Assembly: GCF_048388525.1 (NCBI RefSeq)
Contig: NZ_DBGCTQ010000092.1
Location: 442-64,441 of the forward strand
Direction of reading: 5' to 3'
Length of the DNA stretch: 64,000 bases
Origin: Allofournierella sp.
GTDB taxonomy: Bacteria > Bacillota > Clostridia > Oscillospirales > Ruminococcaceae
In this document: positions 8,901 through 17,962 of the stretch, in pieces
How positions within the stretch are numbered: position 1 is the first letter of the stretch
How the letters are laid out: each line of letters starts with the position of its first letter
Notes under the pieces: generated by a model
Told to the model about the DNA's origin: nothing
Seen by the model: the letters and a program-made list of their open reading frames with translations, nothing else
Databases searched by the model: none
Program-made: the position numbers and the translations under genes

Positions 8901-9311
8901 CTATGTGCATTTGACCGTTAAAAGCGTTTGAATATCATCAAGCTGCTCCCTGCATGTGACGCGGTAGTGAAGCCACCCGCCGTCGCCGCAGGGATACTTA
9001 TGGTCGATCTGTTCCCGCGTCCCCGTTTGCACCTTGCCATAGATGGAATCAAACTGCTTGTTTGACAGCCTCACCATCACGGTAAACGCGCTCTCCTCGG
9101 CGAAAACATGACAGATCAGCTTTTTGTTTTTCCGATGGACGACTCCCCAGCCATATCCGTTCCCATAGGGAAATGTGACCGCCTGCGTTGTTCCAAATGT
9201 GCCGGACAGCCACTCATTCAACTGTGTAAACAACTCCGCACAGGCCCCGCAGTACGCCATCATCTGCGCAATGGTCGGTTCTTCTTGTTTGTTCAACATT
9301 CTCTCGTACAT
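8901..9311 (-). CDS. DUF3788-like protein; family name from memory, unverified
   Basis: ATG at 9311 lies 5 nt after GGAGA. MYERMLNKQEEPTIAQMMAYCG...FPYGNGYGWGVVHRKNKKLICHVFAEESAFTVMVRL. The track ORF extends to 9377, but that start lacks an RBS. Confidence 0.55.
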   Translation of the reverse strand: MYERMLNKQEEPTIAQMMAYCGACAELFTQLNEWLSGTFGTTQAVTFPYGNGYGWGVVHRKNKKLICHVFAEESAFTVMVRLSNKQFDSIYGKVQTGTREQIDHKYPCGDGGWLHYRVTCREQLDDIQTLLTVKCT

Positions 9312-9403
9312 ACAATTCTCCACTTGTTTCCATAGCCACAATCGTTCCTCCAAATTGGGATTTGCCGCTCCGTTCAATTCCCCTACAAACTGGAAGTTCC
9401 CGG

Positions 9404-10162
9404 CTAAATAAATTGTGTAAATGCGTCTGCTTTCGTTACACCATCCACATGAATATATACGTCCATATAGGTCACTTCACCTTTTTTATATACATGCTCA
9501 AAGCAGCTAAGAATATTTTCCTGCTGTTTCCCCTTAAAGTTGTTTGCCTGAAGATATTCCATTATCCTCTTATACGCAGTCGGAATTCTTTCAAAAGCCT
9601 GAACAAAAGGTTCTTTAATTGTTATTACCGCATAATCCGCTTCAATATTTTCTGAATACTGTACTCCCGGACATTCCGTTTCAAATCTCTCCGGGATCAC
9701 ATAAGCAGCTGCATATCCGCGCATTCCGAATCTGTTTTGTTGTTCCGGAGATACATAAGGAAAATCCCATCCAATAAGCTTTGCCTCCGGACAAGCAGCT
9801 CTAAGCCCACTGTTTATGGCCCATGTTTCCATATATCCGTTTACGTCAGTTTCCGGATTCGGAGAAATAATAACGTAACTTGCCATCTTAAAGGCGGCCA
9901 CTCTTTTTATCTGTATGTCTGAATATATCTCACTTTGTGCAGAAAGCTTCTCTTTCACAAGTGTATCCAATTTACAGGAAAAGACTGAACACATATCAAC
10001 CAGCTTCGCAAGCTCCGGAATCACTTCATCCGTTTCCCATCTTGATACCGTCTGTCTGGTAACACCCATTCTTTCTGCAAGCTGTTCCTGGGTTAATTTT
10101 TTTTGTTTTCTCAAATAACTGATGTTTGTCCCTAAGCTCATATTTTTCATCTCCACATGCAT
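9404..10162 (-). CDS. XRE-family HTH regulator with a GyrI-like effector-binding domain
   Basis: LGTNISYLRKQKKLTQEQLAERMGVTRQTVSRWE is an HTH_3 motif. The C-terminal approximately 170 aa look like a GyrI/SOUL-type small-molecule-binding fold. The true start may be the internal ATG at 10150 or 10141. Confidence 0.8.
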   Translation of the reverse strand: MHVEMKNMSLGTNISYLRKQKKLTQEQLAERMGVTRQTVSRWETDEVIPELAKLVDMCSVFSCKLDTLVKEKLSAQSEIYSDIQIKRVAAFKMASYVIISPNPETDVNGYMETWAINSGLRAACPEAKLIGWDFPYVSPEQQNRFGMRGYAAAYVIPERFETECPGVQYSENIEADYAVITIKEPFVQAFERIPTAYKRIMEYLQANNFKGKQQENILSCFEHVYKKGEVTYMDVYIHVDGVTKADAFTQFI

Positions 10163-10597
10163 TTTTTCAGCATTCTAACATGCTTATTTTCAGTCAGTAC
10201 ACTGTCCTTTCTGTATGTAATTATGACATACGGAGCGTTGCAAAACCACCAACCCATGTGCGCTTTTTCACATTTTAATGCAACGCCGCATGTTGCATTA
10301 AAATAAAAATTCCCACAACCACAGCTTCCGCATTCTTCGTCCGCCTGCTTGAATGCTGATACTAAAACGTCTTTATCAGCTTTTCCGTCACTGCCCCAAT
10401 GCCTCCGTACAAAAACACTGTTCCGCAAAGCCGGTGGGATTCCCATTGTCAAAAATCCATTCCGATACGGTTTCCATCGTCAGCTCAAAGAACACTTCAT
10501 CCGACTGAATAAATCCATCGTCTTTTCCGAACGAATACGGGTAACGCGCCATATAAGCCGCTTTGATTTCTGTGTTTCCATCGTCCACGAAACACAA
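10147..10597 (-). pseudogene. hypothetical Cys-rich protein, apparently split by a frameshift in a homopolymer
   Basis: ORFs 10388..10597 and 10147..10452 overlap in different frames around an A5/T5 run at 10411..10415. Removing one base joins them into one ORF of about 160 aa. Confidence 0.3.
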
Positions 10598-10599
10598 AT

Positions 10600-11085
10600 T
10601 TAACGCATATATGCTTTCACTGCCTTGAGCGGTATTCCCATCCTCTCAGAAATCTCTTCCATTGTCATTCCTTCATCCGAAAACCGCTTGCAAACGGCTT
10701 TCATATTTTCGCCAACCTCTATGATGTGATGATCGGGATCATAAAAGCGCACGACTCTTTGTCCCCATGCGTGCTCCATAACCGGATGGACATATTCAAC
10801 CGTGTTGATAGAACTAAGTTTATCCAGAAATTGATCAAAATCACCTTCTTCAAAATAGACTTCAACATCATTCCCTTGATAGGAGATTTCTTTGCCCACA
10901 ACCCCTTTCCAGCTTTCCTCAGTTTTATATTCCGCCTTTCTGTAAAAGGTGCCCATACCCGTGTATAAGTTTTCTTTACGAATGGAGAGATGTGATTTCT
11001 CCGTGGGCCGCCCATCGTAAAGACTATTGTAGCAATGTTTCAATAGCAACGCTACCTCCGCGGACAATTTCAATGCGGTTTGCAT
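10600..11085 (-). CDS. VOC (glyoxalase/bleomycin-resistance) family protein with a short helical tail
   Basis: ...VEVYFEEGDFDQFLDKL...VHPVMEHAWGQRVVRFYDPDHHIIEVGE is typical of the VOC beta-alpha-beta-beta-beta module. Confidence 0.65.
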   Translation of the reverse strand: MQTALKLSAEVALLLKHCYNSLYDGRPTEKSHLSIRKENLYTGMGTFYRKAEYKTEESWKGVVGKEISYQGNDVEVYFEEGDFDQFLDKLSSINTVEYVHPVMEHAWGQRVVRFYDPDHHIIEVGENMKAVCKRFSDEGMTMEEISERMGIPLKAVKAYMR

Positions 11086-11211
11086 AGTATTTTCCCAATA
11101 AGGTGATTAAGTCATTGTTACGGTTTTCTGTTTGGACGCTTTCAATCATCACTGTTGCCGGAGAATAATCAATAACAGAAACATGAAATGTCAATAAAAT
11201 TATGTGATAAG

Positions 11212-11251
11212 GCGAACCCCCGCCGCTGGTTTTTCAGCGGCGGGGGTTCGC
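11212..11251. terminator. GC-rich hairpin marking the right edge of the island, downstream of the GH65 gene
   Basis: GCGAACCCCCGCCGCTG-GTTTTT-CAGCGGCGGGGGTTCGC, a perfect 17-bp stem. Confidence 0.55.
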
Positions 11252-11291
11252 TGCGTAAGAGCGCGGGGTGGGGGCTTTTAAAAAGCGCGGG

Positions 11292-13454
11292 TCAAAAAGC
11301 GGCCCCGGTTTGCCGGGGACGACAATCGCCCCCTTCGGGGGTGACGCGGGCCTCGTACTGGACCCCGTGCCAATAAAACCGGAAGCGAAGGCACTTCCAC
11401 CCCTGGGGCAGATGCGGCGCCAGGCGGGGGCCATCGGGGGTGAAGTGCAGCCCCGCAAAGCCGAACACCACGGCCTGCCAGCTTTCGCCCAGGCACGCCA
11501 GATGCAGGCCTTCCTTGCCGGTGTTGCCCATGATATCGCGCAGGTCCAGGTATAAAGCCTTTTCAAAATAGCTCCACGCCGCGGCGGCCAGGCCGTTTTG
11601 CGCGGCAAACAGGGCATGGGTGGCGAAGCTGAGGGTGGAATCGTGCAGGCACAGGGGCTCGAACTCCTGCCAGGCGGCCAGCTTTTCCTGCGGGGTGAAA
11701 TCCTGCGGCAGGCGGGTCATGAGCAGCAGCACGTCGGCCTGCTTGATGACCCGGTAACGCTGCAGCCGGTCGAAGCACACCCGGTGATAGCTGGCCTCGG
11801 ATCCCTGCTTTAAGCCGGCCGGGTCCACCGGCTCCAGCAGATGGAAGGTGTCGTCGGTGCGCCAGTGGCCGGTGAGGGGGTCCTTGGGCAGCTTGAGCCC
11901 GTCGTGCAGGGCCTGCCAGCCTTGCAGCTCCTGTTCCGAGAGGCTGAGGGCCTGCCAGCGGGCGGGCTCTTGCGATTGCAGGTATCGCGCGGCGGCCAGC
12001 GCAAGGCGCAGGTTGTGCCGCACCAGCCAGCCGGTGAACAGGTTGTTGCTGGTGATGCCGCAGTATTCGTCGGGCCCTTTGCAGAACAGCAGGTTGTACC
12101 CCCCGGCGGGGTCGGGGGTGCAGCGGCTGGCCCAAAAGCGGGCGGTCTCCACATAGACCTCCCGGGCGGCGGGGGCCAGCGCCTGGTCGCCCGAGATCTG
12201 CAGGTATTGCTCCAGCGCGAACACCACGTCCGCCGTGATGTGAACTTCGCTTGCCCCGATGTCCCAGCTTTCGCACTGTTCGCTGCCGTCGAAGGCGGCC
12301 ATCCAGGGGTAACGCGCGCCGGCGCCGTTCATTTTTTGTGCGTGGGCCCGGGCCGCCGGCAGGCAGCCCACCCGGTAGCGCTCCAGGCTTTGGGCGGCCT
12401 GGGGGTGGGTGAGCAGGTAAAAAGGCATCATAAACAGGTCGGTGTCCCAGAAATAGCAGCCCTTATAGCGGGTGTGAGTGAGGCCACGGGCCCCGATGCT
12501 GACGGTGTCGTCGCGCGGGCTGCAGTTGGCCATGAGCTGGTAGACGCAGTAGCGCAGGGCCGCCTCGCTGGCCTTGTCGCCCTCGATGCGCAGGTCGCTC
12601 TCCTGCCAGCGGGCCTGCCAGGCGGACCGGGCCTGGGCCAGAAGCTCGTCGAACCCGGCCCGGGCGGGGAGCGGCGCGAGGAGGGGGTCTTTATCGCGGC
12701 TGGTGTAAACACCGCACAGCTTGTCAAAGCAGGCGGCCCTGCCGGGGCGCAGCTCGCCCGTAAAGGTGTAACCCCACGCCTCGCCGGGGCGGCGCAGCTC
12801 TTCCGCCTGCCAAGCCGCGGGCTGCCGTAACAGCAGCTGCTGGACAAGCTCCAGCCCGGTGGCGCGGGCCCGGTAGCGGGCGGTCAGGCCGCCCGGCACA
12901 AATTCCGCGCCGAGCGCGGCCATCAGCTGCACCGTTTCGGTGCTTTCCTTCACCTGGTCGTCCGGCACCGGGCGGTTGCAGCTGGCACTGAAGAGGCCGG
13001 TGATCACGACCGCGGTGATCGCCCTGTCGCTGCACAGGGTGAGGCGCTGGGCCAGCAGGGCGGGGCGGTCAGGGTCGAAAAAGCGCTGTTCGGTGACCGC
13101 CACCCGCGCGCCACCCGCCAGCAGGGTATATTGCTGGGTGAGCAAACCGCAGGCCAGATCCAGCGTGTAGGTCACCCCGCCCTCCGGAATACCGGGCTCG
13201 CCGCCCAACAGGAGGCGGTGCCAGGCCGGGGTGGGCAGGTTGACGAGATCGGTGATGCCGGGCTTGATGCCGGCGAACATGCCCGCCACAAACAGGCCTT
13301 TTTCCGCCGGGCGGGCGGCGGGCTCGCCCGCCACATAGCCCCGCAGACCCATGCGGCCGTTGCCGGTGAAAAACAGGCTTTCGAAAAAGGGGTCGCCAAA
13401 CCCGGAACTTTTGCCACGCACCAGCCAGCCGTTCAAAACAATGTCGTCACGCAT
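11292..13454 (-). CDS. glycoside hydrolase family 65 alpha-glucoside phosphorylase (kojibiose/nigerose/maltose/trehalose-phosphorylase type)
   Basis: 720 aa. ...GLTHTRYKGCYFWDTDLFMMPFYLL...ARYPWMAAFDGSEQC...HITADVVFAL... are GH65 catalytic-domain hallmarks. A beta-phosphoglucomutase gene lies in the same locus. Confidence 0.88.
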   Translation of the reverse strand: MRDDIVLNGWLVRGKSSGFGDPFFESLFFTGNGRMGLRGYVAGEPAARPAEKGLFVAGMFAGIKPGITDLVNLPTPAWHRLLLGGEPGIPEGGVTYTLDLACGLLTQQYTLLAGGARVAVTEQRFFDPDRPALLAQRLTLCSDRAITAVVITGLFSASCNRPVPDDQVKESTETVQLMAALGAEFVPGGLTARYRARATGLELVQQLLLRQPAAWQAEELRRPGEAWGYTFTGELRPGRAACFDKLCGVYTSRDKDPLLAPLPARAGFDELLAQARSAWQARWQESDLRIEGDKASEAALRYCVYQLMANCSPRDDTVSIGARGLTHTRYKGCYFWDTDLFMMPFYLLTHPQAAQSLERYRVGCLPAARAHAQKMNGAGARYPWMAAFDGSEQCESWDIGASEVHITADVVFALEQYLQISGDQALAPAAREVYVETARFWASRCTPDPAGGYNLLFCKGPDEYCGITSNNLFTGWLVRHNLRLALAAARYLQSQEPARWQALSLSEQELQGWQALHDGLKLPKDPLTGHWRTDDTFHLLEPVDPAGLKQGSEASYHRVCFDRLQRYRVIKQADVLLLMTRLPQDFTPQEKLAAWQEFEPLCLHDSTLSFATHALFAAQNGLAAAAWSYFEKALYLDLRDIMGNTGKEGLHLACLGESWQAVVFGFAGLHFTPDGPRLAPHLPQGWKCLRFRFYWHGVQYEARVTPEGGDCRPRQTGAAF

Positions 13455-15243
13455 GAGGGGCAGCCCCTTTCAGCGCGGTGCGCAGGCTGTGGCACAAAAA
13501 GCCCGCGCAGGTGGCGAAGGCCTGGCCGGTGGCGGCCTCGCCGGTCACCTCGTGGATGCTTTCGCAGACGATGCCGTTGTCCATGGAGGCTTTGCGCAGG
13601 ATGGCAAGGCTGTGCCCGACCCGGCCGCACAGCAGGCTGTTGGCCACGCTGAGGATCCAGGGATGGGGCGCGTGGGGGCAGCCGATCTCGGCAATGGGGC
13701 TGGCGGCAAAGCTGTATTTGTATTCCGGCGAGCGGATCATGGCCACGGTGTTCTGGTAGACCTCATCCTGCGGGCTGCAAAAGCCCAGATACGGCAGCAG
13801 CTGCAGGCTGCCCGGGGGCTCGTCGTACACATCGTGGCCGCCGGAAAGATCCACCGACCAGGCGTAATAGGGCCTGCCCGCCGCATCGGTTTTTACGCAG
13901 TGGGCCCCGATGGCGGCGCGCACCTGCCCGGCCTGGCACGCGAGGTCCTGCCGGCCGGGCAGCAGCTTGGCCAGGGCGCGCAGGCCGCGCCACACCAGCA
14001 CGTTATCGTAGGTGAGGTAGGGGTGGACCCGCTCGTCGTCGGTGGGCTGCAAAAAGGTCTCGTACAGGTCGGCCTGCGAGGCCTTTTTGGTGGCCAGCTT
14101 TTGCAGCACCTCCCCGAGCCCCTTCTGCACCTGGGGCTCGGCGGCAAAGGCCGTGTCTCCGGTGGCGCCGACATACCGCTCCAGCGCCAGCACAGGGGCC
14201 ATCAGCTCATCCAGCTCAAACCCGGGTTCCAGCACCGTGCCGTCGATAAAGCGGGAGTGAACCCCCAGGTTGCGCCGCTGGCGGCCGAACACATATTCCA
14301 GCATGCGGCGGGCGAGCGGCGGGTCGGCGTCCAGAATGGCGGGAAAGCTCCAAAACAGGCTGTCCCGGTCCCAATAGGCGGCGCTCACGTAGTAGCGGGG
14401 GCTGCGGCTGGTGACGAGCACCAGCTCCTCGGTGTCCAGCGTGACGCCGGTGGAGTAAAAAATGCAGAAGAACAGGTTTAAATTGTAAAGCCGGGTGAGA
14501 GCCTCGTCGCCCAAATCGAGAGTGCGCGCCCCCAGCCAGGCCAGGGTGCGGGCCAGCTCGGCCTCGTAGCCCTGGCGCAGCATCTCCTTGGCACTGGTGG
14601 CGGCGGCCACCTCCTCAAAGCCGAGCCCCCAATACAGGGTGAGCGCGGCCTCTTGGCCCGGGGCGAGGGTGAGATCGCACCCGATCTCATATTGCACCGC
14701 GCCGTTTTCCGCTGTATGGGTGGAACGGCAGGGCCGGTCGGCCATGGGGGCAAAGCAGAACATGGGCACGCCGCAGCGCAGATCGAACACGAGCCCCCCG
14801 TTCCAGGGGCTCTGGAAGCAGTGCTTGACGCCGTCGATGGGCTTGTCCTCGTTGACGCAGTGCCAGCTTTCGGCCCATTCCCCTTTTACACCGAGGGTGA
14901 GAGAGAGGGGAGCGGCGGTGGGATTGTGAATTTCCAGCCGGAGGGCGAAGCCGCGCTCCTCCACCGGGGCGAGATATGTTCCGGTGAGCGCCGCGGCCCC
15001 CGCCCGGGCATGAAATTGGGGCACCCAATGGCCCAGCCTCTGCCAGCGCAGCCCGCACAGGGGCGCCTGCCCGCCCTCTGTTTCCACGAAGGGCAGGATC
15101 AGCGGCAGGCCGCCGCCCCGCACGTCCACAAGGCCCTTGTAATTCATGTGCAGAAAGGTAAAATCTTCGATGCCGGCGGTGGCCTGGTCGATGCGGGGCA
15201 GGGAGACCATCTCGTTGCCGGTGGGCAGATATCGCTCTGTCAT
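13447..15243 (-). CDS. (alpha/alpha)6-barrel glycoside-hydrolase-like protein, family unassigned (distantly GH125/GH63-like by eye)
   Basis: 598 aa with ATG after AGAGGAA. SAAYWDRDSLFWSFPAIL, FELDELMAPVLALERY, TYDNVLVWRGL and YDEPPGSLQLLPYLGF resemble six-hairpin glycosidases. Its stop overlaps the GH65 start by 8 nt. Confidence 0.55.
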   Translation of the reverse strand: MTERYLPTGNEMVSLPRIDQATAGIEDFTFLHMNYKGLVDVRGGGLPLILPFVETEGGQAPLCGLRWQRLGHWVPQFHARAGAAALTGTYLAPVEERGFALRLEIHNPTAAPLSLTLGVKGEWAESWHCVNEDKPIDGVKHCFQSPWNGGLVFDLRCGVPMFCFAPMADRPCRSTHTAENGAVQYEIGCDLTLAPGQEAALTLYWGLGFEEVAAATSAKEMLRQGYEAELARTLAWLGARTLDLGDEALTRLYNLNLFFCIFYSTGVTLDTEELVLVTSRSPRYYVSAAYWDRDSLFWSFPAILDADPPLARRMLEYVFGRQRRNLGVHSRFIDGTVLEPGFELDELMAPVLALERYVGATGDTAFAAEPQVQKGLGEVLQKLATKKASQADLYETFLQPTDDERVHPYLTYDNVLVWRGLRALAKLLPGRQDLACQAGQVRAAIGAHCVKTDAAGRPYYAWSVDLSGGHDVYDEPPGSLQLLPYLGFCSPQDEVYQNTVAMIRSPEYKYSFAASPIAEIGCPHAPHPWILSVANSLLCGRVGHSLAILRKASMDNGIVCESIHEVTGEAATGQAFATCAGFLCHSLRTALKGAAPHA

Positions 15244-15274
15244 AGCATTTCCTCTTCTTTAAATTGTATAAGTG

Positions 15275-15290
15275 AAACGATTAAACGATT
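15275..15290. promoter_or_regulatory. tandem AAACGATT AAACGATT motif, a candidate LacI-family operator for the minus-strand GH operon
   Basis: Two direct copies of the 8-mer that forms the palindrome at 15406..15421. They lie just downstream of the minus-strand promoter. Confidence 0.35.
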
Positions 15291-15299
15291 TATAAGTCA

Positions 15300-15327
15300 A
15301 ATATAACATAAAAATCGTGAGTGTCAA
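15300..15327 (-). promoter_or_regulatory. sigma70-type promoter for the 598-aa hydrolase/GH65 operon
   Basis: On the minus strand: TTGACA (15322..15327), 16-nt spacer, TATATT (15300..15305). Confidence 0.4.
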
Positions 15328-15357
15328 CACTATTTTGCACAAAATTTTAAAAATGTG

Positions 15358-15386
15358 TTGACATATACTGCTGTTATGAGTATGAT
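15358..15386 (+). promoter_or_regulatory. sigma70-type promoter for the LacI-family gene
   Basis: TTGACA (15358..15363), 17-nt spacer, TATGAT (15381..15386). Confidence 0.45.
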
Positions 15387-15405
15387 AAAACTGTAATCAT
15401 GAGTT

Positions 15406-15421
15406 AATCGTTTAAACGATT
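15406..15421. promoter_or_regulatory. perfect 16-bp palindrome, a candidate LacI-family operator
   Basis: AATCGTTTAAACGATT is its own reverse complement. It sits between the -10 element and the RBS of the LacI-family gene. Confidence 0.45.
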
Positions 15422-15452
15422 TAAGCCCTCCCGAGGAAAGGAAGTCAGCGCG

Positions 15453-16475
15453 ATGTCCAAGCGAGCGACCTTAAAAGACGTAGCCGCCAAAGCGAGGGTG
15501 AGCCCGGCCACGGTCTCCTACGTTTTAAACGGCAAGCGCACCATTTCACGGCAGACCAAGGAGCGGGTGCGCCAGGCGATCGAGGAGCTGGGCTATGTGC
15601 CCGACCTGAGCGCCCGCAGCCTTTCCAGCCGCGACTCCAAGCTTATCGGGGTGGTGGTGCCCCAAACCGAGCCGGGCAGCAAGCTGATGCTGCAGAACAA
15701 TTTTTACAGCGAGATTGTGGGCAGCATCGAGTATCATGCGCGCCAGCACGGGTACCACGTGATCATCTCGGCCACCGATGTGAGCGAGAGCTACCTTACC
15801 CTGGCAAAGGAGCGCAACCTGGACGGGATCATTGTGATTGGCATGTACCCGGACGAGTTTTACCAGCAGATGAAAAAGACCCAGATCCCCATCGTGCTGA
15901 TCGACAGCTACTGCAACGACCACTATTACCACAGCGTGCGCATCGACGACGCCTATGGCAGCTACCTTGCCACCCGCCATGTTTTGGAATACGGCCACAA
16001 GCGCATCGCCTTTTTCTGCGGCCTCATCAAGGAGAACGGCGTGATCAAAAAGCGGCTGACCGGCTACCGGCAGGCGCTGGAGGAGCGGGGGATCGCCTAC
16101 GACCCGGCGCTGGTGTTTGAGGGCAAGATCGACTACGAGAGCGGGGTGCAGCTGGCCCGCCAGCTGGCGCGTTCGGCCACAGAGGCCACCGCCGTGGTGG
16201 CCACCGCCGACATTTTGGCGGTTGGCGCGATGAAGGGCTTTTACGACGAGGGACTGCACGTGCCCGACGACATCTCGATCATAGGCTTTGACGACCTGGA
16301 GCTGGCCCAATATATGACGCCCGGGCTTTCCACCATCAAACAGGAGATCCCGCTGAAGGGCGAGCGCGCGGTGGAGCTGCTGCTGGACAGCATCAACGAC
16401 GAGACCCTCACAAAGCACGAGCTGGTTTTGCCGGTGAGCCTGATCACACGCGGGTCGGTAAAACGCCTTGGGTAA
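15453..16475 (+). CDS. LacI-family transcriptional regulator
   Basis: MSKRATLKDVAAKARVSPATVSYVLNG is the LacI HTH. The rest is a periplasmic-binding-protein-like sugar-binding core. 340 aa. Confidence 0.92.
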   Translation: MSKRATLKDVAAKARVSPATVSYVLNGKRTISRQTKERVRQAIEELGYVPDLSARSLSSRDSKLIGVVVPQTEPGSKLMLQNNFYSEIVGSIEYHARQHGYHVIISATDVSESYLTLAKERNLDGIIVIGMYPDEFYQQMKKTQIPIVLIDSYCNDHYYHSVRIDDAYGSYLATRHVLEYGHKRIAFFCGLIKENGVIKKRLTGYRQALEERGIAYDPALVFEGKIDYESGVQLARQLARSATEATAVVATADILAVGAMKGFYDEGLHVPDDISIIGFDDLELAQYMTPGLSTIKQEIPLKGERAVELLLDSINDETLTKHELVLPVSLITRGSVKRLG

Positions 16476-16630
16476 AAAATAAAAGGGGGAATGAAAAAAG
16501 CGGCCCACACCCGCCTGGACAGCACGGTGAGCCGCGGCAAAAAACGCCACTGGAAGCAGCCTTTTTTGCTTAAATTAAGTGTAAGCGAAAAAGGCCGAAA
16601 AAGCAACCACTGAATATAAGGAGGACGACC

Positions 16631-17950
16631 ATGAAAAAACGCTTTTCCATTCTCGCAGCGATTTTGGCCTTTTCGCTTGTGTTTACCGCCTGCGGCGGCG
16701 CTCCTGCCAGCGCGCCCGCCGGCACGGCCGGCAGCTCCGGCAGCCAGACTGCTGCGCAGGCGGCCCAGGCGGAGCCGGTCACCATCACCTTTGAGCAGTT
16801 CTCCGGCTCGGGCGACAACGAAGCCTACTTACAGCAGATGATCGACGCATACACCGCCCAAAACCCGCATGTGACCATCAAGCTGCAATCTTATGGTTAC
16901 GACGATTATTTTCAGCAGCTCACCGCCAAGGTATCGGGCGGGCAGGCCCCGGACGTGTTTGAACTGAACTACGAAAACTTTGTTTCCTACGCCAAAAAGG
17001 GCGCGCTGATGCCGCTGGACGAGATCATTGCCAGTCAGGGCATCGATACCGGGCGCTACAACAAAATGGCCCTTGCGGCCTTCAACGCCGACGGCAAGCA
17101 ATACGGCGTACCCAACAGCTTTTCCAACGTGGTGCTGATCTACAACAAGGACCTGTTCGACCAGGCCAAGGCAGACTACCCCACCGACGATTGGACCTGG
17201 GAGGACGCCATGGCCGCCGCCGAAAAGATCCGCGCGTTGGGCGACGACATCTTTGGCTACTACCACCCCATCTCCTTCAATGAGTTTTATAAAACGGTAA
17301 AACAGAACGGCGGCAGCCTGTTCAATGGGGACTACACCGAATTTACCATGACCGACCCCAAAAATGTGGAGACCCTGCAATATCTGGTGGATATGCAGCT
17401 GAAAACCAACGTGATGCCCACCCCCGCGCAGATGGGCGGCATGGGCGACTGGGATTTGTTCAAGTCCGGCCGGCTGGGCATGATCGTGACCGGCATTTGG
17501 GCCTTCCCCGATTACACCGCCAACTGCGACTTTAACTGGGACATCGCGGTGGAGCCCGGCCACACCCAAAAGGCCACCCACTTCTTCTCCAACGGCTATG
17601 TGATCTCCAAGGACAGCAAGGCAGCCGAGGAGGCGGCCAAGTTCATCGCCTTTATCTCGTCCGACAAGGAGGCCACTCAGATCCGCCTGGACGCCGCCTG
17701 GGAGCTGCCCCCGGTGATCGATGAAGCCATCATCAGCCAGTACAAGGCCGTTACCCCACCCGACAACCGGGAGGCCGTGTTCAAGAGCCTGGACTACCTG
17801 GTGACCCCGCCGGTGATCACCCAATTTGCCGAATTGCAGGACATTGTGGGCCGCCATTTGAGCGAGGCGGCCGCGGGCACCGTGACCCCCGAAGAGGCCC
17901 TGCAGAACATGCAGGCCGAGTGCGAGAGCAAGATCGATCTGAGCAAATAA
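16631..17950 (+). CDS. ABC sugar transporter, extracellular solute-binding lipoprotein
   Basis: Signal peptide with lipobox LVFTAC-GG and the SBP family 1 layout. AGGAGG RBS. 439 aa. Confidence 0.9.
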   Translation: MKKRFSILAAILAFSLVFTACGGAPASAPAGTAGSSGSQTAAQAAQAEPVTITFEQFSGSGDNEAYLQQMIDAYTAQNPHVTIKLQSYGYDDYFQQLTAKVSGGQAPDVFELNYENFVSYAKKGALMPLDEIIASQGIDTGRYNKMALAAFNADGKQYGVPNSFSNVVLIYNKDLFDQAKADYPTDDWTWEDAMAAAEKIRALGDDIFGYYHPISFNEFYKTVKQNGGSLFNGDYTEFTMTDPKNVETLQYLVDMQLKTNVMPTPAQMGGMGDWDLFKSGRLGMIVTGIWAFPDYTANCDFNWDIAVEPGHTQKATHFFSNGYVISKDSKAAEEAAKFIAFISSDKEATQIRLDAAWELPPVIDEAIISQYKAVTPPDNREAVFKSLDYLVTPPVITQFAELQDIVGRHLSEAAAGTVTPEEALQNMQAECESKIDLSK

Positions 17951-17962
17951 GCGACCCACAGG

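Larger units (their letters stand above)
5560..11210. mobile_element. AT-richer accessory island, probably the remnant of a decayed integrative element
   Basis: Base composition drops visibly between the lysS downstream region and the GC-rich 17-bp terminator stem at 11212..11251. The island contains an integrase fragment, two other truncated genes and small accessory genes. Boundaries are approximate. Confidence 0.5.
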
